This document shows, one piece after another, positions 18,988-30,214 of a stretch of 64,000 nt of DNA (positions within the stretch are counted from its first letter, which is position 1; each line of letters begins with the position of its first letter). Location: the NCBI GenBank assembly GCA_037446725.1, contig JBBIIC010000004.1, forward strand, positions 156,514-220,513. Direction: 5' to 3'. The notes under the pieces are model-generated. The model worked only from the letters and a program-made list of their open reading frames with translations, did no database searches and was not told the origin of the DNA. The position numbers and the translations under genes are program-made. The DNA comes from Actinomycetota bacterium (GTDB lineage Bacteria; Actinomycetota; Coriobacteriia; Anaerosomatales; SLCP01).

Positions 18988-21492
18988 TCACTCGGTACCG
19001 ATCGCACCTTGCACGATCGCGACCCAGCGCTCCATGATGCGGGCGAGCGCGTCTTCGCTCGCTCCTTCCGTCCAGACCATCACCTCGGGCTCGCTGCCGT
19101 GCGGCAGTACGAGAGCCCATCCGTCGTCCTCAGCGATACGTACGCCCTCGGTGAGGTCGACTTCAGCGCCCGCCGAGGCTTCCGAGACCGCGCGCATGAC
19201 GGCGCCCTTACGGTGAGCCGGACAGAAGACCGACGTCTCGCTCTTGTGAAACACCGGCAGCCCATCGACGACATCATCCAGTCTGGCTCCCGTGCGGCCG
19301 AGCATGCTCGCGACCATCGCCACCGCGAAAACGCCGTCGTAGGCGGCGAGGAACCGCGGGAAGATGTAGCCGCCACGCGTCGACCCAGCGAAGCCGACCA
19401 GACCCTCGTGTGCGACCACTGCGAGAGAACGACGGCTCCACCCGGGGCGAAGCACGGCGTGGCCCGTCCGGGCCGCCAGCTGTTCGACCACCTGTGACGC
19501 CGTAAGCGGGACGGCGATGGGTTTGCCCTCCGTGTCGGCACCACACCAGAGGTGCACGAGGGCGTGAAGTGCCGTGTCGCCGTCGAGGACCCTCCCCGAC
19601 GGGGTCACGAACACCACTCGTTCGGCCGTCGCGTCGAATCTCACGCCGAGGTCGGCCCGGAAAAGGTCAAGTGCGCCCCGAATGTCCTCCCACCCGTCTT
19701 CAGGTCCGGCAACGGGAGCCATGCGCTCCGCGTCGATGAAAGGGTTGAGGGTCACCATGTTCACGCGCCACGAAGCAGCCACCCTCGGCAGGACGAGCGA
19801 GGCGGCACCGAACCCGAGATCCGCTACGACCTTCGGCCAGGCACCCTCGGTCGGCACGAAGTCCTTGAGGGCCTTGGACAGGCCCGTGGTGTAGTACTCG
19901 AGCGCGCGCGGCGGGTAGAGGATCTCGCCGAGGTCCGCGAGGAATGCCCGCCTGAACTCGCCCTTGAAGTAGAGCCGCTCGAGCTTCTTCTCTTCCCACG
20001 GCGCGATGAGAAGGCCGTCCTTGTCGTAGAAGGTCATCTTGAGGACCTGTGCGTCCTCGTCAGACGCTGCCACGTGTATGCCTCCGGCACACCTCGTGTC
20101 GCGCGTCGTGAACCGGGTGAGAGCTGGGGATGACACCCGCAGGTCGCGAACGTGGCAGCCCGCGGCGTTGAGACCCGCCACCATGGCGCGCTTAACCATG
20201 CGGGCCCCACGGCTCGCGTCACGGCTCACCACCACATGCGAGCCCTTGGGCAGCATGGTGCCGAAGGCCTGGGCTGCCCGCATCGCGCGCTCGGGGGTGA
20301 TGTCGACTCCCACCAGACCCGAGATACCTTCGTCGCCGAAGAGGCTCTTCGAGCCGGTGGACTCCCAGATGATCGACGAGTTCACGACCGCCGCGGCGTC
20401 GATGCGTTTGTAAGGGAACACCTGGACGTTCGCCCCGACTCGCGCCCCGTGGCCCACCATGCTCTCGTCGCCGATGACCGAGTTCATGTCCACCGACGCG
20501 CCAGCACGGATGTCCACCCTGCGGCAGAGCACCGCGCCGCCCACGCTCGCGTGACGGCCCACGAAGGTGTCACTCCACAGCACCGAGTGGCTGATGCTGG
20601 CCTGAGTGCCGATGACGCAGTTGTCGCCCAGCACCGTGTAGTCACCGATCGTCGCGCCTTCGCGCAGGGTGACGTTCGGGCCGATGACCACTTTGTCGCC
20701 GATAGTGACGCCCTCCTCGATGCGCGCACCCTCATCGATCCACACCCGTGCCCGGGTCTCTACGCCCGGAACGTAGACGTTGGCCTTCCCGTCGAGGATG
20801 TCCCGGTGCACCTGCATGTAGGATTCGAACGAACCGACGTCGCACCAGTAGCCATCGACGACGCACCCGAACAGCGGGTAGCTTCTCTCCATCAGCAGCG
20901 GGAAGAGCTCCGAAGAGAAGTCGAACGGCGTCCCCTCGGGAACGTGCGACAGGACCTCGGGCTCAATCACGTAGATGCCGGTGTTGATCGTGTCGGAGAA
21001 GACCTGTCCCCACGAGGGCTTCTCCAGGAATCGTTCGATGCGACCGTCGGCGTCTGTGATGACCACGCCGAACTCCAGCGGGTCAGGCATCCTCTTGAGC
21101 GCGATGGTTAACGCCGCCCCTTTGCTGCGATGGAACTCGATCACCTTGGTGAGATCGATATCCGTGAGCGCATCGCCCGAGATCACGATGAAGGGGTCGC
21201 CTATGAGCAGGCGTTCGGCGTTCTTGACTGAACCGGCCGTCCCGAGCGGCGTCTCCTCGAGGGCATAGGACATCTTCGTGCCCCACTCGTCGCCATCCCC
21301 GAAGTAGTCCTGGATCACCTGCGGCATGAACGCGAGTGTCGCAACCACGTCGGTGATGCCGTGATGGCGCACGAGCCCGATGATGTGCTCCATGACCGGC
21401 TGGTTGACGATCGGAACCATCGGTTTTGGCTGCAGGCTCGTCAGGGGCCGCAACCGCGAGCCTTCTCCTCCTGCCATGATCACCGCGCGCAT
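18988..21492 (-). CDS. fused sugar-1-phosphate nucleotidyltransferase (ManC-like) + left-handed beta-helix + phosphohexomutase-like domain
   Basis: N-terminus [18 protein letters not shown]. The ATG at 21492 follows GAGGGGGG; an alternative GTG at 21519 overlaps the pgsA-family stop. Hexapeptide-repeat middle region. The C-terminal PGM/PMM-like region has active-site loops that read AASDED and FDATAER instead of TASHNP and DGDGDR. Confidence 0.8.
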   Translation of the reverse strand: MRAVIMAGGEGSRLRPLTSLQPKPMVPIVNQPVMEHIIGLVRHHGITDVVATLAFMPQVIQDYFGDGDEWGTKMSYALEETPLGTAGSVKNAERLLIGDPFIVISGDALTDIDLTKVIEFHRSKGAALTIALKRMPDPLEFGVVITDADGRIERFLEKPSWGQVFSDTINTGIYVIEPEVLSHVPEGTPFDFSSELFPLLMERSYPLFGCVVDGYWCDVGSFESYMQVHRDILDGKANVYVPGVETRARVWIDEGARIEEGVTIGDKVVIGPNVTLREGATIGDYTVLGDNCVIGTQASISHSVLWSDTFVGRHASVGGAVLCRRVDIRAGASVDMNSVIGDESMVGHGARVGANVQVFPYKRIDAAAVVNSSIIWESTGSKSLFGDEGISGLVGVDITPERAMRAAQAFGTMLPKGSHVVVSRDASRGARMVKRAMVAGLNAAGCHVRDLRVSSPALTRFTTRDTRCAGGIHVAASDEDAQVLKMTFYDKDGLLIAPWEEKKLERLYFKGEFRRAFLADLGEILYPPRALEYYTTGLSKALKDFVPTEGAWPKVVADLGFGAASLVLPRVAASWRVNMVTLNPFIDAERMAPVAGPEDGWEDIRGALDLFRADLGVRFDATAERVVFVTPSGRVLDGDTALHALVHLWCGADTEGKPIAVPLTASQVVEQLAARTGHAVLRPGWSRRSLAVVAHEGLVGFAGSTRGGYIFPRFLAAYDGVFAVAMVASMLGRTGARLDDVVDGLPVFHKSETSVFCPAHRKGAVMRAVSEASAGAEVDLTEGVRIAEDDGWALVLPHGSEPEVMVWTEGASEDALARIMERWVAIVQGAIGTE

Positions 21493-21515
21493 CGTGTACC
21501 CCCCTCGAGTCTCGG

Positions 21516-22139
21516 TCACTGAACCTGCGGGGCCTTCGCGTTCGCAACGAGCCGGCGCGCAAGCAGCGTGTAGTGGACGGCGCTTGCGAGCGAGAGCACG
21601 AGGCCCGCGAGCACGATCGGCATGCCCAGGTAGTACTCGCTTCCGCCGATCGCGATCCGCGGCCAGCCGAGGATAAGCAGCGAGAACCCGGTGAGCAGTA
21701 CGGCCGTCGTGACCTTTCCGACGTAGGTGACCGGCAACCGCTCGCCGTGCTTCTCGAGCCGGTAGGCACCCCAGAGCAGGTAGGCATCGCGCGCGACGAG
21801 CACGGCGACGAGCCAGAGCGGAACGCGTTCGATGAGGTAGAGCCCGATGACCCCCGCCGCGAGCAGCAGCCGGTCGACGAGCGGGTCGATGACCTTGCCG
21901 ATCGTGGTCACGGTCCCGGTGCGACGTGCGATCATCCCGTCGAGCCAGTCGGTCGCCGCCGCCGCCGCGAACAGCGCGAACGCCAGCGCGTCCGCGTGCT
22001 CACGGTCGGACAGTACGACTGAGAAGAAGAAGGGTATCAGCAGGAGCCTCAGCACCGTGATGACGTTGGCTACGGTCCACACGTCGTGCAGGTGGTCCTC
22101 CCGTCCGGCGTGGGCCCCGTCGCCCTGAGGTTCTACCAC
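21516..22139 (-). CDS. CDP-alcohol phosphatidyltransferase (PgsA / CDP-DAG-dependent cardiolipin-synthase family)
   Basis: Complete D-x2-DG-x2-AR-x8-G-x3-D-x3-D motif ([26 protein letters not shown]). The GTG at 22139 is preceded by AGGAGG. The track start at 22223 would overlap corA by 90 nt. Confidence 0.85.
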   Translation of the reverse strand: MVEPQGDGAHAGREDHLHDVWTVANVITVLRLLLIPFFFSVVLSDREHADALAFALFAAAAATDWLDGMIARRTGTVTTIGKVIDPLVDRLLLAAGVIGLYLIERVPLWLVAVLVARDAYLLWGAYRLEKHGERLPVTYVGKVTTAVLLTGFSLLILGWPRIAIGGSEYYLGMPIVLAGLVLSLASAVHYTLLARRLVANAKAPQVQ

Positions 22140-23080
22140 CAACCCCTCCTCCTGAAGTAGACGAGCATCGCGGCAGCGATCGCGGCCATCATCGCCACGA
22201 CTCCCGGGTAGCCGAAGCGCCACGACAGCTCGGGGAGTACGCGGAAGTTCATGCCGTATATACCCGTGATGAGTGTCAGAGGCATGAAGATCGTGGCCAC
22301 GACGGTCAGCCGCTTCATGATCTCGTTCGTGCGATTGCCCACCGCCGAGAGATGGATGTCGATAAGATCGGTCGCGACGTTGCGCAACACATCGAGCTCG
22401 TCCTCGACTCGCGCGAGGTGGTCCCCGACATCACTGTAGTAGCGATATGCATCGCTGCCAGCGAACTGGCGTTCGCGGACGAGCGACCGGATGATGTCTC
22501 GCTCGGGCGCCACAGTCCGGTGCAACTCGAGGAGGTCTCTTCGCAGACCGTGGATCTTCCTGAGGTACTCCGGAGAGGAGCCCTCCGGGCGCAGCACTTC
22601 GTCCTCGAGGGCGTCGAGCGAGTCTCCCACCTCATCGAGCGCGCCGAACACGCCGTCCACGAGTTGATCGAGGAGCGCGTGCAGCACCCGGTCCGGATTA
22701 CTGCCGAGCAGTGCCTCTGCCTGGGCCGCTGCTTCGTCGACACCGGGTAGCGGTACGTTGTGTACCGTCACGATCCAGTCCTCACCGAGGAACGCGTCGA
22801 GTTCGACGTCGCCCCGGTGGTCGGCTCCGGACGGGACCGTCCAGATGACGAAGAGGTGGTCGTCGAAGATCTCGAGTTTGGGCCGCTGCGGCGCCTGCAG
22901 GCAGTCTTCGAGAGAGAGCGGGTGAAGGCCGAACCGACTGCCGACTCGTTCCAGTGTGTCGGCGTCCGGACTGCTCACATCGATCCAGACCGCCTTCGCG
23001 GGGAGCGAATCGAGCGCGTCGGCGCCGAGCACGCGCAGCGTGCCGGCATCGAGGAATCGAACGACCACTTCTGCGGTCAC
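22133..23080 (-). CDS. corA: magnesium/cobalt transporter CorA
   Basis: YGMNF signature, two C-terminal TM helices. The GTG at 23080 with a GGAGGG SD gives 315 aa. Confidence 0.9.
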   Translation of the reverse strand: MTAEVVVRFLDAGTLRVLGADALDSLPAKAVWIDVSSPDADTLERVGSRFGLHPLSLEDCLQAPQRPKLEIFDDHLFVIWTVPSGADHRGDVELDAFLGEDWIVTVHNVPLPGVDEAAAQAEALLGSNPDRVLHALLDQLVDGVFGALDEVGDSLDALEDEVLRPEGSSPEYLRKIHGLRRDLLELHRTVAPERDIIRSLVRERQFAGSDAYRYYSDVGDHLARVEDELDVLRNVATDLIDIHLSAVGNRTNEIMKRLTVVATIFMPLTLITGIYGMNFRVLPELSWRFGYPGVVAMMAAIAAAMLVYFRRRGWW

Positions 23081-23482
23081 GGCGAACCCTCCGCATCTGA
23101 CGGCTGACGGTGCCACGGACGCTCTGCCGCGGTTGATACCCCGGCGACGCGCCGCGCTCACTCGTCCGGCCGCAGAGCCCCCTCAGTCACGGGTCGCTGC
23201 CCCCGCGTCCGCGTCAGATGACGTCCGACGTCACGCTGAGCGTGCGCGCCTCGGCGAAGCCGTAAGCGGTAACCCCCAGGATGACGAAAGCCATGCCGAG
23301 TGCGCCGGTGCGCATGCCGGCGAGAAGGCGCTCTGTGGTCTCTCTGAAACCCATCGAGCCGTCGTAGTGCAAGTCGCCTGCCATCGCGGCGCGCGGCCGG
23401 GTCGGCCATCACCTCACACGGCGGCCGGACACTCGACCGGCTCAAGCCCTGGCTAAGGGTCTGATGGTGCGACATGCGCACC

Positions 23483-23514
23483 GGAAACGAAACAAGGCAC
23501 CCGAAGGTGCCTTG
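23483..23514 (-). terminator. intrinsic terminator downstream of tRNA-Pro
   Basis: Perfect 9 bp stem CAAGGCACC / GGTGCCTTG with a 4 nt loop (23493-23514), followed on the minus strand by TTTCGTTTCC. Confidence 0.6.
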
Positions 23515-23524
23515 TCGTGTGTTC

Positions 23525-23601
<77 letters not shown>

Positions 23602-23627
23602 TGACCGCCTCCCGGCGGCAAAGCAGC

Positions 23628-23656
23628 ATATTACGGCTCGGGCTGGCCAGGGGCAA
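23628..23656 (-). promoter_or_regulatory. candidate promoter of tRNA-Pro
   Basis: Minus strand reads TTGCCC-17 nt-TAATAT, with the -10 box ending about 25 nt upstream of the tRNA 5' end. Confidence 0.45.
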
Positions 23657-23687
23657 GTGGCGCCGTGGCCACCAGAGCGGCGCTCCC

Positions 23688-24038
23688 CTACTCCGGTCCG
23701 CCGGTCACACCGCCCCGGTACAGGAGCACGGTGACGTCCTCGACGGTGATGAGCCCGTCGCCGATCATCGCCGAGTAGACCTCGGCGAGCGCCGTGATCC
23801 TGTCGGGCTCGTCGACGACCTCGACGACGACCGGAAGGTCGACCGACATCCTCACTCCGTGCTTGGCGTGCTCGCGGCTGGTCGCCCCGAACCCCGCCAT
23901 GCCGCGAAGCACGGTGGCGCCGGCGCACCCGGCGATGCGTGCAGACTCCAGCAACGCGGTGTAGAGCGGCTTGTCCTCATAACGATCGGCCTCGCCGATG
24001 TACGCGGAGATCTTCTTCATTCTTCCAGATAGTGCCAT
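23688..24038 (-). CDS. DUF190 (PII-like fold) protein
   Basis: MKKISAYIGEADRYEDKPLYTALLESARIAGCAGATVLRGMAGFG. The start may be the ATG at 24020. Confidence 0.75.
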   Translation of the reverse strand: MALSGRMKKISAYIGEADRYEDKPLYTALLESARIAGCAGATVLRGMAGFGATSREHAKHGVRMSVDLPVVVEVVDEPDRITALAEVYSAMIGDGLITVEDVTVLLYRGGVTGGPE

Positions 24039-24048
24039 GTCTTCCCTC

Positions 24049-25272
24049 TCATCCTTGCTCTGACACGCGCTTCAGCGCGCTCGTCAGGACGACAAGTTCG
24101 TCGCACAGACGACGAGCGAGCGCCCGCTTCGTCATGATTGGCAGGTCTTCGATACCGTCAGCTGTCACCAGCGAGACACGGTTGTGCGTCGAGGCAAAGC
24201 CAAGGTCTTCGACCGTGATGTCGTTGGCCACGACTAGGTCGAGGTTCTTGCGCCGGAGCTTGTCGCGCGCCGCCTCCACCACGGCCTCGGACTCGGCAGC
24301 GAAGCCGACGAGTACCCGGCCACCCTTGTCCTTCCCCATCTCGGCGAGGATGTCGCGCGTGCGCTCGAGCTCCAGCACGTCGGGCGCGTCGGCCTTCTTG
24401 ATCTTCTGCACTTGCGTTGCGACAGGCCGCAAGTCGGAGACAGCCGCGCTCGCCACGACAGCGTCCGCGTGCTCGTAGGCGTCCATCGCCGCGACATGCA
24501 TCTGGGCGGCCGTCTCGACGCGCACCATCGTGACCCCGAACGGATCCGGCAGCTGCGTCGGTCCCGAGACCAGCGTTACCTCCGCGCCCCGGCGGGCGGC
24601 TTCCTCGGCGATCGCGTAGCCAGTGAGTCCCGAGGAGCGGTTGCCGATGAAGCGCACCGGATCGATCGGCTCGTAAGTGGGACCAGCCGTCACGAGCAAC
24701 CGGACGTCCGCAAGATCGTGCACGCGCACGAGTTCGGCGTGCACGGCCTCGAGGATAACCGCCACATCCGCGAGGCGGCCCTCTCCGATGTCGCCGCAGG
24801 CAAGCTCTCCGCTCCCCGGCTCGACGATCACCGCCCCGCGTGAGGCCAGAGTGGCCAGGTTGGCCCGGGTCGCCTCATCGCGCCACATGTGCGTGTTCAT
24901 CGCCGGCGCCAGCACGAGCGGTGCTTCGGTCGCGAGCGCCACCGTCGTCAGCATGTCGTCGGCCCGGCCGTGCGCGAGCTTGGCGAGCACGTTCGCGGTA
25001 CACGGAGCGATGAGGAAGACGTCGGCCTCCTCGGCAAGGGAGACGTGGAAGACGCCGGATGCGGTCGGGTCGTCCCAGAGTGAGGTGACCACCGGCTCTC
25101 CGGTGAGCGTGCGAAAGGTGAGCGGCCCGACGAAACGCGTGGCAGCCTCGGTCATGACGACCTTGACGCGTACGCCGTCGCGTACGAGGGCCCGGGCAAT
25201 CTCGCACGCCTTGTATGCGGCGATGCACCCGCTCACGCCGAGCACCACGGTCTTGTCGCGCAGGTCCTCCAT
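24049..25272 (-). CDS. coaBC: bifunctional phosphopantothenoylcysteine decarboxylase / phosphopantothenate-cysteine ligase
   Basis: MEDLRDKTVVLGVSGCIAAYKA (flavoprotein N-domain) plus the C-terminal CoaB domain (ITAGPT-like LVTAGPTYEPIDPVRFIGNRSSG). Confidence 0.95.
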   Translation of the reverse strand: MEDLRDKTVVLGVSGCIAAYKACEIARALVRDGVRVKVVMTEAATRFVGPLTFRTLTGEPVVTSLWDDPTASGVFHVSLAEEADVFLIAPCTANVLAKLAHGRADDMLTTVALATEAPLVLAPAMNTHMWRDEATRANLATLASRGAVIVEPGSGELACGDIGEGRLADVAVILEAVHAELVRVHDLADVRLLVTAGPTYEPIDPVRFIGNRSSGLTGYAIAEEAARRGAEVTLVSGPTQLPDPFGVTMVRVETAAQMHVAAMDAYEHADAVVASAAVSDLRPVATQVQKIKKADAPDVLELERTRDILAEMGKDKGGRVLVGFAAESEAVVEAARDKLRRKNLDLVVANDITVEDLGFASTHNRVSLVTADGIEDLPIMTKRALARRLCDELVVLTSALKRVSEQG

Positions 25273-25420
25273 GCTCACCTCATCTCCGCATCGCGTACCG
25301 CCGATTATCGCACGCCTGGACCGAACCACCACCTGTCCGCGCCCGGGCCCGCCAAACGGGAATGAACCCTAACGAGTCCCCGGAGCCGCACTCCGGGACG
25401 ACACCGAGGAGGACCCGTCT

Positions 25421-27175
25421 ATGGCTCAGCACGGAACCGACGCGCTCGAGGTGCGCGTGAAGATCGGCGGCCCTGCAGGATTCGGCATCAAAGCTGCCGG
25501 CCAGACCCTCGCACGCCTGTTCACGCGTGCCGGGTACGAGACCTTCGACCTCACCGAGTACCCGTCCCTCATCAAGGGGGGGCACAACAACTACCATCTG
25601 CGGATATCCTCGGAGGAGATCTTCAGCCACGTGGAGCCGGTGGACATCCTCGTTGCACTTGACCGTGACACGGCCGAGCTACACCTCGACGAGCTCACCG
25701 AGGGGGCCGCCATCATCTACGACCCGGGTGACTTCGGCATCGCCGAGGTCGAGGGCGTTCCGGACCACGTCTGCGCGGTACCCGTCCCGCTCAAGGACAT
25801 CGTGGACGAGGTAGGCGGCATCCCGATCATGCGCAACGTAGCCGCACTCGGCGCCGTCCTCGGACACATGCGCTTCCCGCTTGACTACCTCACCGGCTCA
25901 ATCGAGCAGCAGTTCGCGCACAAGAAGCCCGAGATCGCCGAGCAGAACATCGCATGCGCGACCGCGGGCTACGAGCACGCCCAGAACCACGAGTGCGCCT
26001 TCCCCTATGACATGAAGCCACTCGAACGAGATGGCGAGCGCATCCTGGTCGACGGCAACGAGGCCGTCGGGACCGCGTCGATCGCGGCAGGTATAGGCTT
26101 GTACTGCGCCTACCCGATGACGCCGGCCTCGAGCCTACTGCACTTCTTCGCCAAGCAGGCCGAGACCTACGAGTTCATGGTCAAGCACACCGAAGACGAG
26201 ATTGCCGCGATGAACATGGTGGTAGGCGGAGCATTCGGAGGCACCCGCTCGATGTGTGCGACCTCCGGCGGCGGCTTCTCGCTCATGGTCGAGGCGTTCG
26301 GGCTCGCGGGCGTGAGCGAGTCGGCGGTCGTGGTCGGCCTGTTCACACGGCCCGGCCCGGCGACCGGCATGCCCACCTGGACCGAGCAGAGCGACCTGCG
26401 CTTCGCCATACACGCCTCGCAGGGCGAGTTCCCCCGCGTCGTCCTGGCGCCGGGGGACCGCGACGACGCGTTCCACCTGACGTGGCAGGCGTTCAATCTT
26501 GCCGACGTCTTGCAGACCCCGGTGATCATTCTGGGGGACACGTACCTCTCGGACAACCGCCAGTCGGTCCCACCGTTCGACCTCTCGCGTGTCGAAATCG
26601 ACCGCGGAGAGCTCATCGCTGAGGGTCAGGTCGAACAGTACGCCCGGTACCGCGTCACCGACTCCGGCGTCTCGCCGCGCGCCCTGCCCGGCGTGCGCGG
26701 TGCGGAGCAGATCGTCAACTCCTACGAGCACGACGAGCACGGCTACGGTGCGGCCGGCGAGATCGCAGAGGTACGCATCGCACAGAACGAGAAGCGCATG
26801 CGCAAGCTCGACCTGGCGCGGACGCTCGTGCCGCCGCCTCAGTACTACGGTCCCAACGAGGCCGAGCTATCGCTTCTCGTCTTCGGCTCGACCAAGATGC
26901 CGGTGCGCGAGGCGATGAAGTGGCTCGAGCGCGATGGGATATCGGTCAACCTCATGCAGGTCGTGACCGTCTGGCCCTTCCCTGCCGAGGCGGTCTGTCG
27001 GTTCCTCGGCTCCGCGAAGCGCACCGCGATCATCGAGGGCAACCACGATGGCCAGCTCCAGAGCCTCGTGCGCGAGCACTGCCTCGCCGACGTGGACCAA
27101 ACGCTTCACCGCTACGACGGCCGTCCATTCTCACCCGAGCAGGTCTGCGGGTTCGTCAGGGAGGTGCTCGGCTGA
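25421..27175 (+). CDS. korA: 2-oxoacid:ferredoxin oxidoreductase subunit alpha (fused gamma-alpha, KorA-type)
   Basis: 584 aa with a gamma-like N-domain (GGPAGFGIKAAGQTLARLF..YPSLIKGGHN) and an alpha domain (VDGNEAVGTASIAAG..YPMTPAS). GAGGAGGA SD upstream. Confidence 0.9.
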   Translation: MAQHGTDALEVRVKIGGPAGFGIKAAGQTLARLFTRAGYETFDLTEYPSLIKGGHNNYHLRISSEEIFSHVEPVDILVALDRDTAELHLDELTEGAAIIYDPGDFGIAEVEGVPDHVCAVPVPLKDIVDEVGGIPIMRNVAALGAVLGHMRFPLDYLTGSIEQQFAHKKPEIAEQNIACATAGYEHAQNHECAFPYDMKPLERDGERILVDGNEAVGTASIAAGIGLYCAYPMTPASSLLHFFAKQAETYEFMVKHTEDEIAAMNMVVGGAFGGTRSMCATSGGGFSLMVEAFGLAGVSESAVVVGLFTRPGPATGMPTWTEQSDLRFAIHASQGEFPRVVLAPGDRDDAFHLTWQAFNLADVLQTPVIILGDTYLSDNRQSVPPFDLSRVEIDRGELIAEGQVEQYARYRVTDSGVSPRALPGVRGAEQIVNSYEHDEHGYGAAGEIAEVRIAQNEKRMRKLDLARTLVPPPQYYGPNEAELSLLVFGSTKMPVREAMKWLERDGISVNLMQVVTVWPFPAEAVCRFLGSAKRTAIIEGNHDGQLQSLVREHCLADVDQTLHRYDGRPFSPEQVCGFVREVLG

Positions 27176-28059
27176 TGCCGGAGGTCAAGGAGTACACGAC
27201 GCCAAACAAGCCGACCTGGTGCCCGGGGTGCGGCAACTACGGCATGTGGGAGGCGCTCAAACGCGCGCTCTCCCAGCTCGACATGGACTTCCACGAGTAC
27301 TCGCTGGTCTGGGGCATCGGCTGTCACGGCAACGGCGCCGACTTCCTCAAGACGCAGGGATTCCACGCCCTTCACGGCCGTTCGCTCCCGGTCGCTACCG
27401 CACTCTCACTGACACGCCCGGACCTGAAGGTCATCGTTGAGATGGGTGACGGCGACGGGTACGGCCTCGGGATGGGTCACTTCGTACACACCGCGCGGCG
27501 CAACGTGAACCTCACGTGCATCGCCCACAACAACCAGATCTACGGGCTGACCACCGGACAGGCGTCACCGACCACCGAGCACCTCATGCGCACCGTCTCG
27601 ACGCCGGGCGGCGTGCTCGAGGAGCCGGTCAACCCCATCGGCCTGGCGCTCGCCGAGGGCGCGAGCTTCGTCGCGCGCGGGTTCGCCGGCGACATCCCGC
27701 ACCTCACCGAGCTCTACAAGGCGGCGCTGCAGCACGACGGCTTCGCGCTCGTCGACGTCTTCCAGCCGTGCGTTACCTGGAACAAGCTCAACACCTTCTC
27801 GTGGTTCCGCGAGCGCGTGTACAAGCTCGAGGACGAGGGCCACGACCCCTCGGACCGCATGGCGGCCTTCGAGCTCTCGATGACCACCTTCCACGAGATG
27901 ACGTGCACCCCCGAGGAGTGCCGCGTGCCCATCGGCATCTACTACCGCGAAGATGGCAAGCCGAGCTACAACGCGGACGCGACCGGGGCGGGCAGGCCCG
28001 GGTGGGAAGCGGCGCGGGAGGTGCGCGACGTCTCCAGGCTCATGCGTTCGCTCGGCTAG
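27175..28059 (+). CDS. korB: 2-oxoacid:ferredoxin oxidoreductase subunit beta (TPP-binding, KorB-type)
   Basis: ATG at 27175 overlapping the korA TGA. WCPGCGNYG and GDGDGYGLG motifs. The track ORF from 26920 is an over-extension. Confidence 0.9.
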   Translation: MPEVKEYTTPNKPTWCPGCGNYGMWEALKRALSQLDMDFHEYSLVWGIGCHGNGADFLKTQGFHALHGRSLPVATALSLTRPDLKVIVEMGDGDGYGLGMGHFVHTARRNVNLTCIAHNNQIYGLTTGQASPTTEHLMRTVSTPGGVLEEPVNPIGLALAEGASFVARGFAGDIPHLTELYKAALQHDGFALVDVFQPCVTWNKLNTFSWFRERVYKLEDEGHDPSDRMAAFELSMTTFHEMTCTPEECRVPIGIYYREDGKPSYNADATGAGRPGWEAAREVRDVSRLMRSLG

Positions 28060-30214
28060 GAACGTCCCCGGTGACGTGACACATCGCGGGGCTGCGTCGG
28101 CGTGGCGTGCCACATGAGCCGGACGAACGCCGATGCGATCGACGGGTCGAACTGTCCGCCCGCCTCGAGTTCGACGTGGCGGAGGGCCGCATGGTGGCCG
28201 AGGGCAGGCTGGTATGGTCTGCCCGTAATCATCACCTCGTACGCGTCGGCGATGGCGATGATCCGCGCCTCGATCGGTATCCCCTCTCCCGCCAGGCCGT
28301 CGGGGTAGCCCTCTCCGTCCCAGCGTTCGTGGTGATGACGAACCCACGGCAGCACCTCGTCGATGCTGGCAGACCGGAGGATCTGTTCGCCGAGCACAGG
28401 GTGCTCCTCGATGCGCTCTCGCTCTGACGGGGCGAGAGGGTACGGGTGCTTGAGGAGCCGATCGTCGACGGCAAGCTTGCCGACGTCGTGCAGGAGAGCC
28501 GCCGTTTCCACCAGTGCCGCCCGCTCCTCCGAGAACCCTATCTCGCGCGCGAGGTCTCTCGCAATCTGGGCAACGAGTCGGGAGTGGTCGGGTGCGTGAG
28601 GGTCGCGTGCGTCGACCGCCGCGGCGAGCGCTCGCACGGTCGCCAGGTGCTCGCCCTTCCGGATCCGCTCGAGGCGATCGACGGGGTCGAGCACGTGGGC
28701 TCCTTCCGCCTCGTCGTACACGCGCACGCGGGCGCCCCCGGCGGCGCGGGCCCATTCGCGCGCGCTGAGCGCTTTGCGCAACACCTCTTCGGCCTGGGTA
28801 CCGTGCACCGGGGCACAGGCGACGCCCACTGAGACCGATACGGCCAAGGCGCCGAATCGCACGCTGCTCTCGACCTCGCTCAGCAGCCGGCCGGCGACCG
28901 CGGCCCCCTCTTCGGGCCCTATCCCCCCCATTACGATCACAAAGTCATCGTCGCCGAAGCGATAAGCCGTTCCTCTCCGGCGTACAACGGCGGTGATGGC
29001 CTCAGCCACGTGGCCGACCAGCCGGTCCGCCTCGTGCCGACCCCCGAGCTCGCTCATCCGCCTGAAACCGTCGATGTCGGCCGCGATCAAGCAGACACTG
29101 TCCTCCCGGCCAGCCACCAGACCCAGCGCCGCGGACTGGAACGCACGAAGATTCGCGAGCCCCGTAAGCCTGTCTGTCACCGACTGCCTGAACAGATACG
29201 AGCTCTCGAGCGTCCCGAGCCAGCTCCTGAGGGCAAGGAGCGCCACCAGCACCACGGCTGACGCGAGGTAGAAGCGCGTCTCCGCGGTCGACGGAGCCGT
29301 CGCCGCAAACCAGACGAGGTGGGGCGCCGCTATCGTGACGAGCGCGAGGTAGACCGGCGCCAACCAGCCCGGCCACCGGCCGATCGGCGCGGAGTACGTC
29401 CGTATCGGAGCGTGCGACTCATGCTCGGTAAGCCGATGGACCGCGGCCACGAACAGCAGATAGAAGCCGCTCATGAACAGGTAGTCCACGACCGAGTCGC
29501 TCGGCGCAAGCACCACGGTCTCCTGCCGGGCGACGAACCACCACGGCCAGAGGGCAAGCCCCACGCTGTAGATGGTCAGACTCGCGACGAACAGACGTTC
29601 CCACGGCTTCCACCTCCCGACCTTCCACCCCACCACCACGGCCAGGGCCCCATGACGAGCGTCACACTGACGACCGGATACGCAGCGGCGACCAGCATCA
29701 TCCCGATCGACGCGTACGGGAGTTCGGCGAAGAGAGGACGGACCAACCACCGGTAGACGAAGACGTAGGGCAGAGCCATCGAGATGAGCACGTCGATGTA
29801 GAACCGCATGCGCACCGCGAACGGTTCCGAACCAAATCGCGTGAACGTCACGAGAATCCCGAAGAACGCGATGACTGCACCGGCGTACAACAGGAGAACC
29901 GGATGAGGAATGGGCGGGCCGAGCGGGCCGATCGCCAGGACCGTGTAGACGAAGTTGATCTCGCCGACGAGAATCAGGGCCACCGCGACGGCGAGCAAAG
30001 TCCTGAACCGACGTTCGTCCGCGCGGACTCGCAGCGCTGCGATGGTGCTGCCCGCAAGCGCAATCATGATGGGGACCAGTGACAGAACGAACGAGGCAAC
30101 CACCTCACCGCGCGGGCTGAGCATGGTGAAGGACAGCCGGGCTACCCCCAGCGCCACCAGCCCGACCCATGCCGCCGGTCGGGCGATCCGCGGGCCGAAG
30201 GGCGCTCCGCTCAC
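28056..30214 (-). pseudogene. membrane sensor + degenerate GGDEF + HD-GYP protein, reading frame broken once (two track ORFs 29576..30214 and 28056..29750)
   Basis: The multi-TM N-part continues across a -1 frame change near 29645-29652 (mRNA AUG GGG CCC UGG). The GGDEF site reads RFGDDDF. HD-GYP is intact (LLHDVGK, HHERWDGEGYPDGL). Confidence 0.6.

Noticed and set aside
23081-23213. M-box (Mg) riboswitch upstream of corA
   Set aside because: 133 nt is shorter than the aptamer, and no M-box conserved segments were recognisable.
29640-29655. Programmed -1 ribosomal frameshift at AUG GGG CCC in the first GGDEF/HD-GYP gene
   Set aside because: There is no canonical X XXY YYZ heptamer in the correct phase and no obvious downstream pseudoknot. 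The paralog needs two shifts of opposite sign, one apparently at a deletion. Mutation or assembly error is more parsimonious, but this is kept as an alternative in the finding.
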